Assembly (NCBI GenBank): GCA_964636085.1
Contig: CAZWPQ010000001.1
Coordinates: 69,744-133,743 of the forward strand
DNA from: an uncultured Nitrososphaerota archaeon
GTDB lineage: Archaea > Asgardarchaeota > Njordarchaeia > Njordarchaeales > Panguiarchaeaceae
Length of the DNA stretch: 64,000 nt
Direction of reading: 5' to 3'
In this document: piece after piece, positions 47,218-56,847 of the stretch
Layout of the letters: each line of letters starts with the position of its first letter
Position numbering within the stretch: the stretch's first letter is position 1
Notes under the pieces: generated by a model
What the model saw: the letters and a program-made list of their open reading frames with translations, nothing else
Told to the model about the DNA's origin: nothing
The model's database searches: none
Position numbers and translations under genes: made by a program

Positions 47218-49059
47218 TCAATCTCTTTTTGTTATTTTATGTCTCAGTAGAGCCCACGGTATGAGTATTTTCATGGGAATACTAGAGTTGCTCCTAGAAT
47301 ATATAACGGCACACCTAGTTGGCAGGTTCATAAGCACAGTTTTATCTACAGGTAATTCCATGAATTTTTTGAGGGTTTTTATTTGGAGAGGTGTCAGGCC
47401 AAATAATGTGTATGTATTAACAGTTTTTAGTATCCTAGGATTCAAATCTTCTGGACTTTGAGTCGAGAATTCTATCCTTAGCCTGAATTTTCTGCCTTCC
47501 CTAGCAATTCTTTCAACCCATGAAACTGTCCTCATGACCCATTCTTTTTCGTTAGCATCGTATACAAATCTAGGAAAATAATTATGTGCCTCGTCGATTA
47601 GCAGCATTACTGGAGGAAATAATTCATTGTAGTCTCTAAGCTTTGTCATTGCTATCTTACTAATGATATGCATTACTACGATTCTCCTAGCAACAATTGA
47701 CGGAACCATATCAACTCTTATAATGTTAACAGTCCTAGACCGTAGCATATACTTAATATCAATATCTGAAACTCCCCCAGCATCAAAAATTCCCTCCTCC
47801 AATACCGCGGCAATCCTACGCAATATTGCTTCTCTCGTAGCCTCACTAATCATATCCTTTGGAAAGCTCGCATTGTCGAGCCACCTGTAAAACTTGTCCA
47901 ATGTATTGTTTCTTTCCCTATACACACTCCTAAATCTTCTAACTAGTTTCGGCAAGACATAATACCCTTGGGGAGACAATGCTGGGAGATAATACTGAAG
48001 AAAACTAGGACCAATATCGGAAAAACGTATAGTAAAATGCATCGTTTTTACTTTGCCATGGAAATCATCCACCTCGACTTCCTGCTCAAGTTTTGGAATC
48101 CATACAATAATATCCTCTATACTCTTAGGCATTATCCCAAGATCCCTCCATATTTTTATATCAAAATCGCTGGGTTTTGTTTCATCATCCTCTTTTATGG
48201 GATCCTCACAAATCATTGAATACTCATTGTGTGTGTCTATAACAACAACCGCTCCCTCCACATACTCAACAAAGTTATATATATCGTTCTTACACTTCGC
48301 CGTTTTGCCTTTACCTGTAGTGCCAGTTACTAACTCATGCTCAAAGAGAAGAGATTTTCTCATTCTATACGGAATACATTTCCCCGTTCGGGGATCGACT
48401 ATAACTTCGTCACCAAATATCAGGGCGCCATATACGGGGCCATCTGAAGGCAATCCATAGATTATATTAATTATTTCCTGCGAGGGTATATACGCAGGGG
48501 CCCTTATGTGGGGAGCGAAATTCACATCGCCCCTAGTTACGATATTACCTCCATTTCTTTTCAATGTACAGATTGGACTCAACCCCACCAAGGGCACTAG
48601 TTCAAGGAATTCTGTGTCTCCACTCTCTATCATCTGGGATGTTAGTATATTTCTTGCATCGGATACATCTCTATCCACAAGCTCATGCCACGCTACATCA
48701 TACCCCATCATCCTGATTATGCCTGCTATGTATTCACCATGTATGTAGTCAAATATGATTAACGGGAAGCCTAGTCTTATTCTCGATGACCACTCTGAGA
48801 AAAGCCTTATCCACAATAACTTCGAGGCTACCGACCCCCCAACATGGACTGTAAGTCTTTTAGGTATTACTAGATACCCTACCTCTACACAGCCACTGAG
48901 CCAAGGATCCTGTATCTCATCACCTACTTTCTTTTTAAGACAAGGACGTGTAGATAATCGAAAAATCGCCTCGCCAAGTATCTCTGGTTCCTCTCTACTC
49001 ACAATTTTTTCTTTTCTCGATATTACGAGGTACTTATCTAAACTCAAGCTTGACCCCAC
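47218..49059 (-). CDS. herA: HerA-type (FtsK/HerA superfamily, DUF87) ATPase, downstream partner of NurA
   Basis: Walker A …VTGTTGKGKT…, Walker B …VMLLIDEAHNYF…, and an …FSTQSPEDL… sensor-like motif. Its start overlaps the stop of the nurA-like gene by 16 nt. Confidence 0.6.
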   Translation of the reverse strand: MGSSLSLDKYLVISRKEKIVSREEPEILGEAIFRLSTRPCLKKKVGDEIQDPWLSGCVEVGYLVIPKRLTVHVGGSVASKLLWIRLFSEWSSRIRLGFPLIIFDYIHGEYIAGIIRMMGYDVAWHELVDRDVSDARNILTSQMIESGDTEFLELVPLVGLSPICTLKRNGGNIVTRGDVNFAPHIRAPAYIPSQEIINIIYGLPSDGPVYGALIFGDEVIVDPRTGKCIPYRMRKSLLFEHELVTGTTGKGKTAKCKNDIYNFVEYVEGAVVVIDTHNEYSMICEDPIKEDDETKPSDFDIKIWRDLGIMPKSIEDIIVWIPKLEQEVEVDDFHGKVKTMHFTIRFSDIGPSFLQYYLPALSPQGYYVLPKLVRRFRSVYRERNNTLDKFYRWLDNASFPKDMISEATREAILRRIAAVLEEGIFDAGGVSDIDIKYMLRSRTVNIIRVDMVPSIVARRIVVMHIISKIAMTKLRDYNELFPPVMLLIDEAHNYFPRFVYDANEKEWVMRTVSWVERIAREGRKFRLRIEFSTQSPEDLNPRILKTVNTYTLFGLTPLQIKTLKKFMELPVDKTVLMNLPTRCAVIYSRSNSSIPMKILIPWALLRHKITKRD

Positions 49060-50144
49060 CTATATAGATACCTTCCCCACCTTAGTTGATTGTACATAAG
49101 GATGTCGGCTATGCCACATTTTTTGAATGCTGATAATACCCTAAACGCAATATATCTCTTCTCCTCATCACAAAACCGTGCAATCTTGTCGGCACGACCA
49201 ATCACATAACTGAAACCATTCCCAAGCTGCAGATCAGCTGATATTATCTCCAATACTTGATCCTTTCCATATTCCTCCAGAACGCAATAGGGAAATTCAT
49301 ACCTAAAAACTACCCTTCCCTTTGTCTTCACATAGAAGAAAACAGGCTTCATATAATAAGGCACGCCATTAACTAGCTTATTGTCATATAGAAACATGAT
49401 GGTTCGTGTATTAGGAGGGAGATACATTGATAATAAATCGGCGTCTGTCAACGCCTCCACATTTGTTATTCCTGATAGCCAAGTTGAGAAGGGATTTTTC
49501 ACGATTTTGATGCAGATTATTGCCCTATCTACAAGAGATTTGATCGCGGAATAAAACTTTTTAAAATACCTCCTAGAAATTATTGGACCATCCCAGAATA
49601 CGACATCTAACACACTCCCATATTCTTCGGCCAATTCTCTAATAGTAACCGTCTCTAGAGACATAAGAATATCCCTCACTTTCCTTCTAACTTGCTCTGG
49701 TACTCCTCCTCGCCGCCGAATAATCGACACGGAAAACCTCCAGACATCTTTTGCACCAAATGTTTCATTATTTCTCATGCTGAGACCGAAGACAGCAGTC
49801 CTCGCAATTATGACCCTGAAGGGATGTAGCCTTAATGAGAAAGCTCCCCCATCAACACCCACAACATTTTTCCCTTTAAATATGGTCAACGGATTTATCT
49901 CTGGCATTCCCTTTATGATCCCATCCTCTAAAGGTATTATGCCACTATCCTCACTCCGATCAACTATTTTTAATAGTATATCATCTCCAAGTTTTCTACT
50001 TAGGTATTTTGATAAAACCTCCTTAATAGCCGATTCTATAGCATCCATAATCGCCAGACTTGGTATATACTCACTTTCTAAACGGTGCTTAACGCTAAGC
50101 ATTGGATGACATAATTTATCCAACTTTAAAGCACGTGCGGGCAA
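49044..50144 (-). CDS. nurA: NurA-like 5'-3' nuclease
   Basis: 366 aa with …VVGVDGGAFSLRLHPFRVIIARTAV…, comparable to NurA motif I (…DGS). It is translationally coupled to the downstream HerA-type ATPase. Confidence 0.5.
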   Translation of the reverse strand: MPARALKLDKLCHPMLSVKHRLESEYIPSLAIMDAIESAIKEVLSKYLSRKLGDDILLKIVDRSEDSGIIPLEDGIIKGMPEINPLTIFKGKNVVGVDGGAFSLRLHPFRVIIARTAVFGLSMRNNETFGAKDVWRFSVSIIRRRGGVPEQVRRKVRDILMSLETVTIRELAEEYGSVLDVVFWDGPIISRRYFKKFYSAIKSLVDRAIICIKIVKNPFSTWLSGITNVEALTDADLLSMYLPPNTRTIMFLYDNKLVNGVPYYMKPVFFYVKTKGRVVFRYEFPYCVLEEYGKDQVLEIISADLQLGNGFSYVIGRADKIARFCDEEKRYIAFRVLSAFKKCGIADILMYNQLRWGRYLYRWGQA

Positions 50145-50322
50145 ATTTCATCACTCCTACGATAGCATTGTAATATTTATGTATATGCTACGTATTACAA
50201 TTTATATTCAAAACAGTATTTAAATAGTAATATTTTGTATTACAATCAACTACGAAAAAGAAGTGCAGATTACATAGAGTCCATTTTAATTCTAGTGTCA
50301 GTAGTATTTTTGTCTTTGGTAT

Positions 50323-51105
50323 TTAGCCTACAGAATTTTGCTTAATCATTTTTTTGAGCCTTCTAGGCATAAATACTAATGTTTTTTCTATTCCTTGTTC
50401 TTGTAGGATTTTTTGTACCTCGTCTGCATACACGCCGTATCTGCAAATTATCGAATGTTCTAAAAAGCCTAGTCTTTCAATCTTTATGATTTTTCTGAAG
50501 AGTTTTCTCATTCTAACTATCTTGTCTAGGTTAGATCTTAGCTCCCCGTATACTATGACTCTATCTAGCCTGTCTCGAAACCACCTTTTGAAGAGGAAAA
50601 TTGTTCTTCTTCCTGCTTTTCCGATTATTCCTTTTTCCTGGTTCTCTTTTCTAATCGATACGACCTTTACCACAAGGGGAAAATATTTGTCTATCCCCAT
50701 GAGTCTTATTATCCTAGCAGGGTTTGGTAGACTTGATGCCTCAATTATTTTTCTGATAAAACTACTCGTGGGTATCTTTATTCGGATATTTTTTTCTTGC
50801 CCTATATCTATACCCATAAATTCGTTGTTAACATAATCCACACGACCACTATATTCATGATCCACCATTATTTCATTGGTATCCAGTCTTCTACCAAATA
50901 TCTTTTCCAGATACCTATAAGCTATTTCTTTCTCTTCCCCCTGTATCTTAACTAATGCGAATCTTTCTCCTATCTCCAATACCTCAATGCGGTCTATTTT
51001 TAGATCCGCCAGTAATCTCCTTATCAAGTATCGGAGAGATTTTTTTGCATTTTCTATTGGAATGCTTCTATAAACAGGACAGAGTATCTCTATGGCCATA
51101 AACAA
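50323..51105 (-). CDS. hypothetical protein (260 aa), last gene of the exosome superoperon here
   Basis: Lies 23 nt downstream of rpl37ae, where RpoP and a Brix protein usually sit. No motif. Confidence 0.4.
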   Translation of the reverse strand: MFMAIEILCPVYRSIPIENAKKSLRYLIRRLLADLKIDRIEVLEIGERFALVKIQGEEKEIAYRYLEKIFGRRLDTNEIMVDHEYSGRVDYVNNEFMGIDIGQEKNIRIKIPTSSFIRKIIEASSLPNPARIIRLMGIDKYFPLVVKVVSIRKENQEKGIIGKAGRRTIFLFKRWFRDRLDRVIVYGELRSNLDKIVRMRKLFRKIIKIERLGFLEHSIICRYGVYADEVQKILQEQGIEKTLVFMPRRLKKMIKQNSVG

Positions 51106-51128
51106 CTACATCCGTTCAGAAGAACGTA

Positions 51129-51374
51129 TTATTTTTTCTTCAGCTGATTTAAGAGGCTAATAACTTTTGAGCCCACATCGCTGATTGGTTCAAATGCCGC
51201 TCCAGCCATTTTAAAACCACAATTTCTACACTCCCATAGGCCCACGGATACCCACTTTAGTGATTTCTTTTTGCAGTTAGGACATATGTATCGTCTTTTC
51301 TTTTTCTTCTCAATTTTTTCAACCCTTTTTCTTATCGTGGATCCATACCTTGGGCCAAATCTTCTTGTAGACAT
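51129..51374 (-). CDS. rpl37ae: 50S ribosomal protein L37ae
   Basis: …RRFGPRYGSTIRKRVEKIE…YICPNCKKK…WECRNCGFKMAGAAF is the L37ae zinc ribbon. Confidence 0.8.
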   Translation of the reverse strand: MSTRRFGPRYGSTIRKRVEKIEKKKKRRYICPNCKKKSLKWVSVGLWECRNCGFKMAGAAFEPISDVGSKVISLLNQLKKK

Positions 51375-51402
51375 TATTGGAACACCTACTAGCTATCTAT
51401 TA

Positions 51403-52239
51403 TTATGACTTAATCTGTTTTAATACTATTTCCCTTATTTTCTCAGCCCTAGATTTTATATCTTCGGCTATAAACTTTATATCGTCTATATCCACGGCTC
51501 CCCGACCACTTTTTTGTATCCCCACAATGTTCCCCCTAGATAGCCCCATCGTCAATTTATAATCTAGCAATAATTCTTCTTGATTCGTTGGATCCAAAAT
51601 TATCTTGTCAAGCAGTTTTCCATACGTCAATTGTATAGGCATATTCTCAATCCTAACTTTGAGAGGAGTAAACTCGTCTCTGACCAATACTGGCCTATCA
51701 TTCTCAAATGTGACCCTAGGTAACCTTGCCGTCATCAACGCACCTATTGCTCCATAAAATGCTGCGTCTACTAGGTTGCCATTGTCATCTATCGGATACA
51801 AATCAATAAATATCAAATACACGACTTTTCCAGGCTCTATACATAGACTCTCCAAATCTATAAATTCAGAGCTCCTAATTACTCTATCTACTACTCTTGC
51901 CGCCTCTATACCTGGTTCGCTGGGAGGACCCAACTCAAAACTAGGCGAAGCTATTGGCATCGTCTCCATATTCACAATAAAAGCCCCCTGATTAGGAGTA
52001 TCTGGATATGGAGAGCCGACGGATACTTTTATTCCAGCTATAACTTTTGTCTTACCGAGGGATGCAAAACACGAGCCCTCTGCCTTCTCGATGTAGTTGG
52101 GTACTAGTTTTAGTTGACGCATCTCTAATAGATCGCGGCCATCGGGACGTCTATTCTTCTGCAAGTAATTGTATATTGCATTTTTTTCTATGCTTGTAAG
52201 GAATATACGACGTGCGGATGGCAAAAACTCTGTGGACAT
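51403..52239 (-). CDS. rrp42: exosome complex component Rrp42
   Basis: 278-aa RNase-PH-like protein (…RPDGRDLLEMRQLKLVPNYIEKAEGSCFASLGKTKVIAG…) downstream of Rrp41. Confidence 0.7.
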   Translation of the reverse strand: MSTEFLPSARRIFLTSIEKNAIYNYLQKNRRPDGRDLLEMRQLKLVPNYIEKAEGSCFASLGKTKVIAGIKVSVGSPYPDTPNQGAFIVNMETMPIASPSFELGPPSEPGIEAARVVDRVIRSSEFIDLESLCIEPGKVVYLIFIDLYPIDDNGNLVDAAFYGAIGALMTARLPRVTFENDRPVLVRDEFTPLKVRIENMPIQLTYGKLLDKIILDPTNQEELLLDYKLTMGLSRGNIVGIQKSGRGAVDIDDIKFIAEDIKSRAEKIREIVLKQIKS

Positions 52240-52242
52240 TTT

Positions 52243-53001
52243 TCACTCACCTATATCAGCATCAACACTTTTAGCAATCTTCAAATATTTCCTTCTCAAT
52301 GTCTCTCTCTGCATCTCATATATCTTTTTCATCGCTTTAACACCGACATCTAACACATTCCCTATCACGTCTACTGGGAATATATGATCGGCTTGCAATA
52401 GTGTTATCTTATTACATGATGGCATCATGGCCATAGGTATGTCAGCACATAGATCATCCTCCGCGGCGTTTAGATCCACCAAAATTTTACCATCAAAATA
52501 TCCCACAGCTACCGAGGCCACCAAGTCCTGCATCGGGATGCCCGCATAAGCTAGTGCGAGGGAAGCAGCATTTATGCTGGCAGTACGTGTCCCCCCATCC
52601 GCCTGTAAAACGAGGCAATATACCCTTATCATCATCCTAGGAAATTCCTCCAATAGTAGAGCTGGCTCTAGAGCTTCTCTGATAACTTTGGATAGCTCTA
52701 TCTCCCTACGTGAGGGGGAAGGACTTTTTCTCTCCTCGGTGGAGAATGTAGCCATCCTGTATGCTACATCCAAAATAGCCCGATCTGGATCCGCTATGTG
52801 TGATGGGACGCATTCCATTGGTCCTCTTACAACACATAATACCCTCGTCTTCCCCATAGATACCATTGCTGATCCCTCCGCCCTCTCGACTATCCCCACG
52901 TCCATCGTTATGGGTCTAGGCTCTAGTAGGTCTCTACCATCTATTCTCTTGCCTTTCCTGAGCAATTCTATTACTTCTTCCTTTGAAACTTTCATCTCCA
53001 T
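52243..53001 (-). CDS. rrp41: exosome complex exonuclease Rrp41
   Basis: …RIDGRDLLEPRPITMDVGIVERAEGSAMVSMGKTRVLCVV…QADGGTRTASINAASLA… is an RNase PH fold with a phosphate-binding GGTR. Confidence 0.75.
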   Translation of the reverse strand: MEMKVSKEEVIELLRKGKRIDGRDLLEPRPITMDVGIVERAEGSAMVSMGKTRVLCVVRGPMECVPSHIADPDRAILDVAYRMATFSTEERKSPSPSRREIELSKVIREALEPALLLEEFPRMMIRVYCLVLQADGGTRTASINAASLALAYAGIPMQDLVASVAVGYFDGKILVDLNAAEDDLCADIPMAMMPSCNKITLLQADHIFPVDVIGNVLDVGVKAMKKIYEMQRETLRRKYLKIAKSVDADIGE

Positions 53002-53699
53002 TCCCCTCTTTGTATTTTATGCATACCATTCATTAATTCCTTTTGAATTCTTTTTGTTAGTCCCACTGTATGGGATTCTCTCTCTATTTTTTTGATGGCG
53101 TATTCTACGAGCTCCTCTATTTCAGGCCGTTCGGCTTTTATCCATATTATTCCATTGGCGCCTACTCTCACATCTGCCTTGGTTATCCTCTTAATGGTTT
53201 CTAGCATTGTGCTCTTGACCCCTATAACACGAGGGATTTTAACTGGATTTATCGATATTAATCGGCCACCTTCAAGCTTACCGTATCCTTTATCGCGACA
53301 TGTTAGTAATGGAGATATCCCTACACCTACATGCGCAACTTTAGCATATACTACGTCGCCAATTTTTAGGTAGTCAGTTGTTTTTTCCTTGCTCGCATCA
53401 AATGGTCTCTTGAGAAACTCCGATACATCAAGTCGTGCCCTCCATACATAATTAATCTCCAACATCCAATATACCACCGAGTAGTCAACAACTATACCTA
53501 TTATACTATCACCCCTCCTAGGCGTATATGAGCCCGATAGGGGAACCACATTTATATCTCTCCCCTTAATCCTGAGTAGACCTATTCTAGTAGCCACTAT
53601 ACTTCCATCAGGTCTTCTAATAACTGCTCCTTTGATGTTATAATCTCCTCCCCTAACAATAACTTCCCCAGGTAGGACTATCTTGGATGATTTCTTCAA
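52992..53699 (-). CDS. rrp4: exosome RNA-binding subunit Rrp4 (S1 + KH)
   Basis: N-terminal …VLPGEVIV…, an S1-like barrel (…GDVVYAKV…), and a C-terminal KH (…VIGVKSTMLETIKRITKADVRV…). Confidence 0.65.
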   Translation of the reverse strand: MKKSSKIVLPGEVIVRGGDYNIKGAVIRRPDGSIVATRIGLLRIKGRDINVVPLSGSYTPRRGDSIIGIVVDYSVVYWMLEINYVWRARLDVSEFLKRPFDASKEKTTDYLKIGDVVYAKVAHVGVGISPLLTCRDKGYGKLEGGRLISINPVKIPRVIGVKSTMLETIKRITKADVRVGANGIIWIKAERPEIEELVEYAIKKIERESHTVGLTKRIQKELMNGMHKIQRGEWR

Positions 53700-53744
53700 T
53701 TTAGCCGACCTTAACTATATGTTTGCGGATTTATGAGACCTACT

Positions 53745-54590
53745 TTATTCTATTGTCTTTCTAGAGATTATCTCCAACTTAACAAGGCCCCTTGTGGTCT
53801 CTGTCAACATATTTGACAACTTTAGGAACATACCTGCAGGTATCTCTAATTCGGCCTCCAGTGTTCCATCTTCTAACCATTTTTGATTGCACATTGTGGC
53901 ATATTGCAGTATTTTTCCATATAGTTGCCCCGTATAGGCTGGCGGGACGCGTAGTCTAGCTATAATTATCTCCAGCCTTATGGGAATTACATCTTTTAGA
54001 TATTTTATGACAATTGGGATGATATCCTTTATATCCATAAATGGATCTATGTTGACGCCTTTACCCAGGGCTTTTTTGAATGCCTCAGCGAGTTTCATTG
54101 GAGGGTATGGTGCATTTGTCGCGGGGTTTATCGCGTATTTTTGGATATAACGTAACATCTTGTTCATTTTTTCTTCAATGAGGCGATTCCTAACCTGTTC
54201 TGGTAGCTTAAGAAACCCCTTTTCAAGTATAATTTTTGCTGCTTCATGATGTACTTTTTCGTCGTCCCAATCTTCTATTTCATCCATGATTTTCTTCTTC
54301 TCATCATCCTTTAGACTTCTGCCTAGTTTTTTCTCAAGCTTGTCTATAGCGACCTCATACAGCATCTTTCTTAGATCTTCAGTTGGGGACAATTCGCCCT
54401 TATTTATGTCGGAAAACACATATGGATGAATTATAACGTCGTCTATCATTACCTCTTGCCCCATTTTGTATTTTATTGCTTCATTAGTATCCACTACAAT
54501 CTGAAATTTCTTTCCCCATCTTTCATAGACCACAAACGAGTATTTCTCGCCAAAATCCATCCTTGACCAAGTGCCTCTCCATCTGGACAT
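53745..54590 (-). CDS. sdo1: SBDS (Shwachman-Bodian-Diamond) family ribosome-maturation protein
   Basis: …YSFVVYERWGKKFQIVVDTNEAIKYK… is an FYSH-domain signature. It sits in the conserved position upstream of Rrp4. Confidence 0.7.
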   Translation of the reverse strand: MSRWRGTWSRMDFGEKYSFVVYERWGKKFQIVVDTNEAIKYKMGQEVMIDDVIIHPYVFSDINKGELSPTEDLRKMLYEVAIDKLEKKLGRSLKDDEKKKIMDEIEDWDDEKVHHEAAKIILEKGFLKLPEQVRNRLIEEKMNKMLRYIQKYAINPATNAPYPPMKLAEAFKKALGKGVNIDPFMDIKDIIPIVIKYLKDVIPIRLEIIIARLRVPPAYTGQLYGKILQYATMCNQKWLEDGTLEAELEIPAGMFLKLSNMLTETTRGLVKLEIISRKTIE

Positions 54591-54606
54591 AAATGGGACC
54601 CCTTAA

Positions 54607-54978
54607 CTATTCGCTATAGAGATAGTACAATATAACAAGAATGCTCAAGACCACAAACAAATATAGGAACCTCTGCGTTAACCCTAGGGCGTACATATAT
54701 AAGAGGGGAGGAGTATATGCAAATGCTAATGTTATCACCCCCGGCTCTCTTCCATGATACTCCACTATACTGCCAAAGAATACCATCGATAAAATAAATG
54801 CGAGCGTTATTAGGATTATCTGGACAATAATCACACTTACATATGCTATTCCCTGTCCCTCCTTAATAATCCCTAGTCCCTCCGCGGTGGTCCAAAGACC
54901 ACCCGCTAGGATTAGAATTATCAACATCAAAATTAGAGATTTAAACGTAGTCTGCTTGAGTTCCAATCGCGTAACCAA
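54607..54978 (-). CDS. small polytopic membrane protein (123 aa)
   Basis: Three or four hydrophobic helices. Co-directional between L37e and SBDS. Confidence 0.35.
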   Translation of the reverse strand: MVTRLELKQTTFKSLILMLIILILAGGLWTTAEGLGIIKEGQGIAYVSVIIVQIILITLAFILSMVFFGSIVEYHGREPGVITLAFAYTPPLLYMYALGLTQRFLYLFVVLSILVILYYLYSE

Positions 54979-54987
54979 TCGTATCCC

Positions 54988-55218
54988 CTACAAAAACTTC
55001 TTAACGCTAGGAACCTTCCAATATCTTCTGTAAAATACCCTATATCTCCGATAGTATGGTTCCCTCCAATTATAACTTCGCAATTTACTCGACCTCCCGT
55101 AACCGCATGCAGCACAGTATTTGTGACGAATGTGATACGCATGCCTTCCACATCTCCTACATCTTATATGTGTCTTCCCCTTACCTCTTTTTCCGAACGA
55201 TGGTGTGCCTTTGCCCAT
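54988..55218 (-). CDS. rpl37e: 50S ribosomal protein L37e
   Basis: [51 protein letters not shown] is near-canonical L37e. Confidence 0.85.
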   Translation of the reverse strand: MGKGTPSFGKRGKGKTHIRCRRCGRHAYHIRHKYCAACGYGRSSKLRSYNWREPYYRRYRVFYRRYWKVPSVKKFL

Positions 55219-55235
55219 ACCTATTACCTCCTTAT

Positions 55236-55499
55236 TTAGGTCCCGCTACCCTTATATTGTAATGCTGGAAATACGATAAAAACAACAACATCTCCCCTAA
55301 TTATAACATCACCTAATGTCCTTAGCTCCCCATTCTCCAATATCTGTTGGGCTCTATTGATTGTTAAATTTAAATGAACATCAAATCCCTTTAGCTTGCC
55401 CCTTATCAGCCTACCCCCCTTGAGTTTGACAACAACATCATTGTTTAATGACCATACTAGGGCTTCTTTTGGCTTCATTGTTATTGTTTCTGACGTCAT
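55236..55499 (-). CDS. Sm-like archaeal protein (SmAP/LSm)
   Basis: …[32 protein letters not shown]…[12 protein letters not shown] has Sm1 and Sm2 motifs in the conserved L37e-adjacent position. Confidence 0.7.
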   Translation of the reverse strand: MTSETITMKPKEALVWSLNNDVVVKLKGGRLIRGKLKGFDVHLNLTINRAQQILENGELRTLGDVIIRGDVVVFIVFPALQYKGSGT

Positions 55500-55554
55500 C
55501 CAGCATCCACTCTTATTATTCGACTACTAACAATATTCTAAAAAACATGACTAT

Positions 55555-56844
55555 TTAATGCAATATATCAAAGACTAAGGGAGCAGTAAAGTTTAATATC
55601 AACATAACAGTCACTAGGACATTTACTACAAAAAATATAACTCTCTGATGTCTTACTTTCTTCTCAATTAGATATGCATTTAACCATTGTGCACCGTCAA
55701 GCACAAAGCATGGAAGTACATTCAGAATCACAACCAAGAATTCTACGATAAAGCTAACATATACGAAGAAGTAAATGTAGAACATCGCCTCGTCAGATAT
55801 CCATGATATTCTACTTTTGTAGTATTGGGAAATCTCTACTCCTATATAGGGCCTCTGTTCCTTTTTGCCCAAAATTAGTTCAATTGTGAGTTCACTTCCA
55901 TGACGTTCCACGGTTATATAAGCAACATGGCCTGGTTTGGCATTTTTCATGAAGTTATTTAAATCATCTATGGTTCTGATCCGAGTATTGTTCATTGCCA
56001 ATATTATGTCATGATATTTTAGGCCATATCTGTCGGCGGGACTGTTTGGTATTATTTTCTCTATCCTTAAGCCATATTCTTCGCATAGATGGGTTCCTCT
56101 GATTGTTAAATAAGTTGCGTAGAATATGGCTAGTAACAGCAAATTCGCTATTACACCGACTGCCACGATTCTCCTAAATCTCCTTAAATGCGTTCTTGAT
56201 CGACCCGCATTAGAATTATCACTAGTACGCAAACCCTTAGCCGATTTTTTATCAACTGTGATAAAATCCCTATTTGACATACAGTTTTTAATGGTATCCG
56301 TGGATTCTCTCAATAACTCATCTATTTTTGGTTCCACAAATCCTCCAAATATACCTAGCGAAACTATAAATCCAGCCGATTCTACAACGACATCCTCGGC
56401 TATTGATACGGTGCCATGAAAGAATTCATGCAATATAACTGCAGGTGTGATTGCAACAATTAATAATAGAAAGAACTTCCCAAATGGGATTGTTACTGTG
56501 GGAATGACAACAACAAATTGTGTGCCTATAGGGAGTCCATATAGCAATAACAAAACATTTTTCATCATAGCTATGAAGTTTATGGTTATGTATGATATAC
56601 CCAGCAACATTATTAGGGGAAAAACCCTGTTCGAAAAAGCACCCAATTTTCGCCAGAATCTTCTTCTCTTCTCAGCCGATTTTGCTATCATCTCTAAAAA
56701 TTTATCGGATTCATAGAACAAGATGAGCGGATATATTTTTAGCTTTCCCCTATTCCCAGTTATCTTCTCCCATATCAAATAGGCCAGAGTCCATACTATC
56801 AGCAATAATAGTGCTTTGTTTGATGTTATGAGACCTATGTTCAT
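55555..56844 (-). CDS. site-2 protease (M50 family) with PDZ domain
   Basis: Polytopic, with HEFFHG (HExxH) in a TM helix, a PDZ-like segment (…GLKYHDIILAMNNTRIRTIDDL…), and a C-terminal LDG region. Confidence 0.6.
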   Translation of the reverse strand: MNIGLITSNKALLLLIVWTLAYLIWEKITGNRGKLKIYPLILFYESDKFLEMIAKSAEKRRRFWRKLGAFSNRVFPLIMLLGISYITINFIAMMKNVLLLLYGLPIGTQFVVVIPTVTIPFGKFFLLLIVAITPAVILHEFFHGTVSIAEDVVVESAGFIVSLGIFGGFVEPKIDELLRESTDTIKNCMSNRDFITVDKKSAKGLRTSDNSNAGRSRTHLRRFRRIVAVGVIANLLLLAIFYATYLTIRGTHLCEEYGLRIEKIIPNSPADRYGLKYHDIILAMNNTRIRTIDDLNNFMKNAKPGHVAYITVERHGSELTIELILGKKEQRPYIGVEISQYYKSRISWISDEAMFYIYFFVYVSFIVEFLVVILNVLPCFVLDGAQWLNAYLIEKKVRHQRVIFFVVNVLVTVMLILNFTAPLVFDILH

Positions 56845-56847
56845 TAT

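Noticed and set aside
50145-50322. Repeated 'gtattacaat' motif in the nurA upstream intergenic region
   Set aside because: A short AT-rich repeat, consistent with promoter or BRE/TATA-like sequence. Too short to call a regulatory site with confidence.
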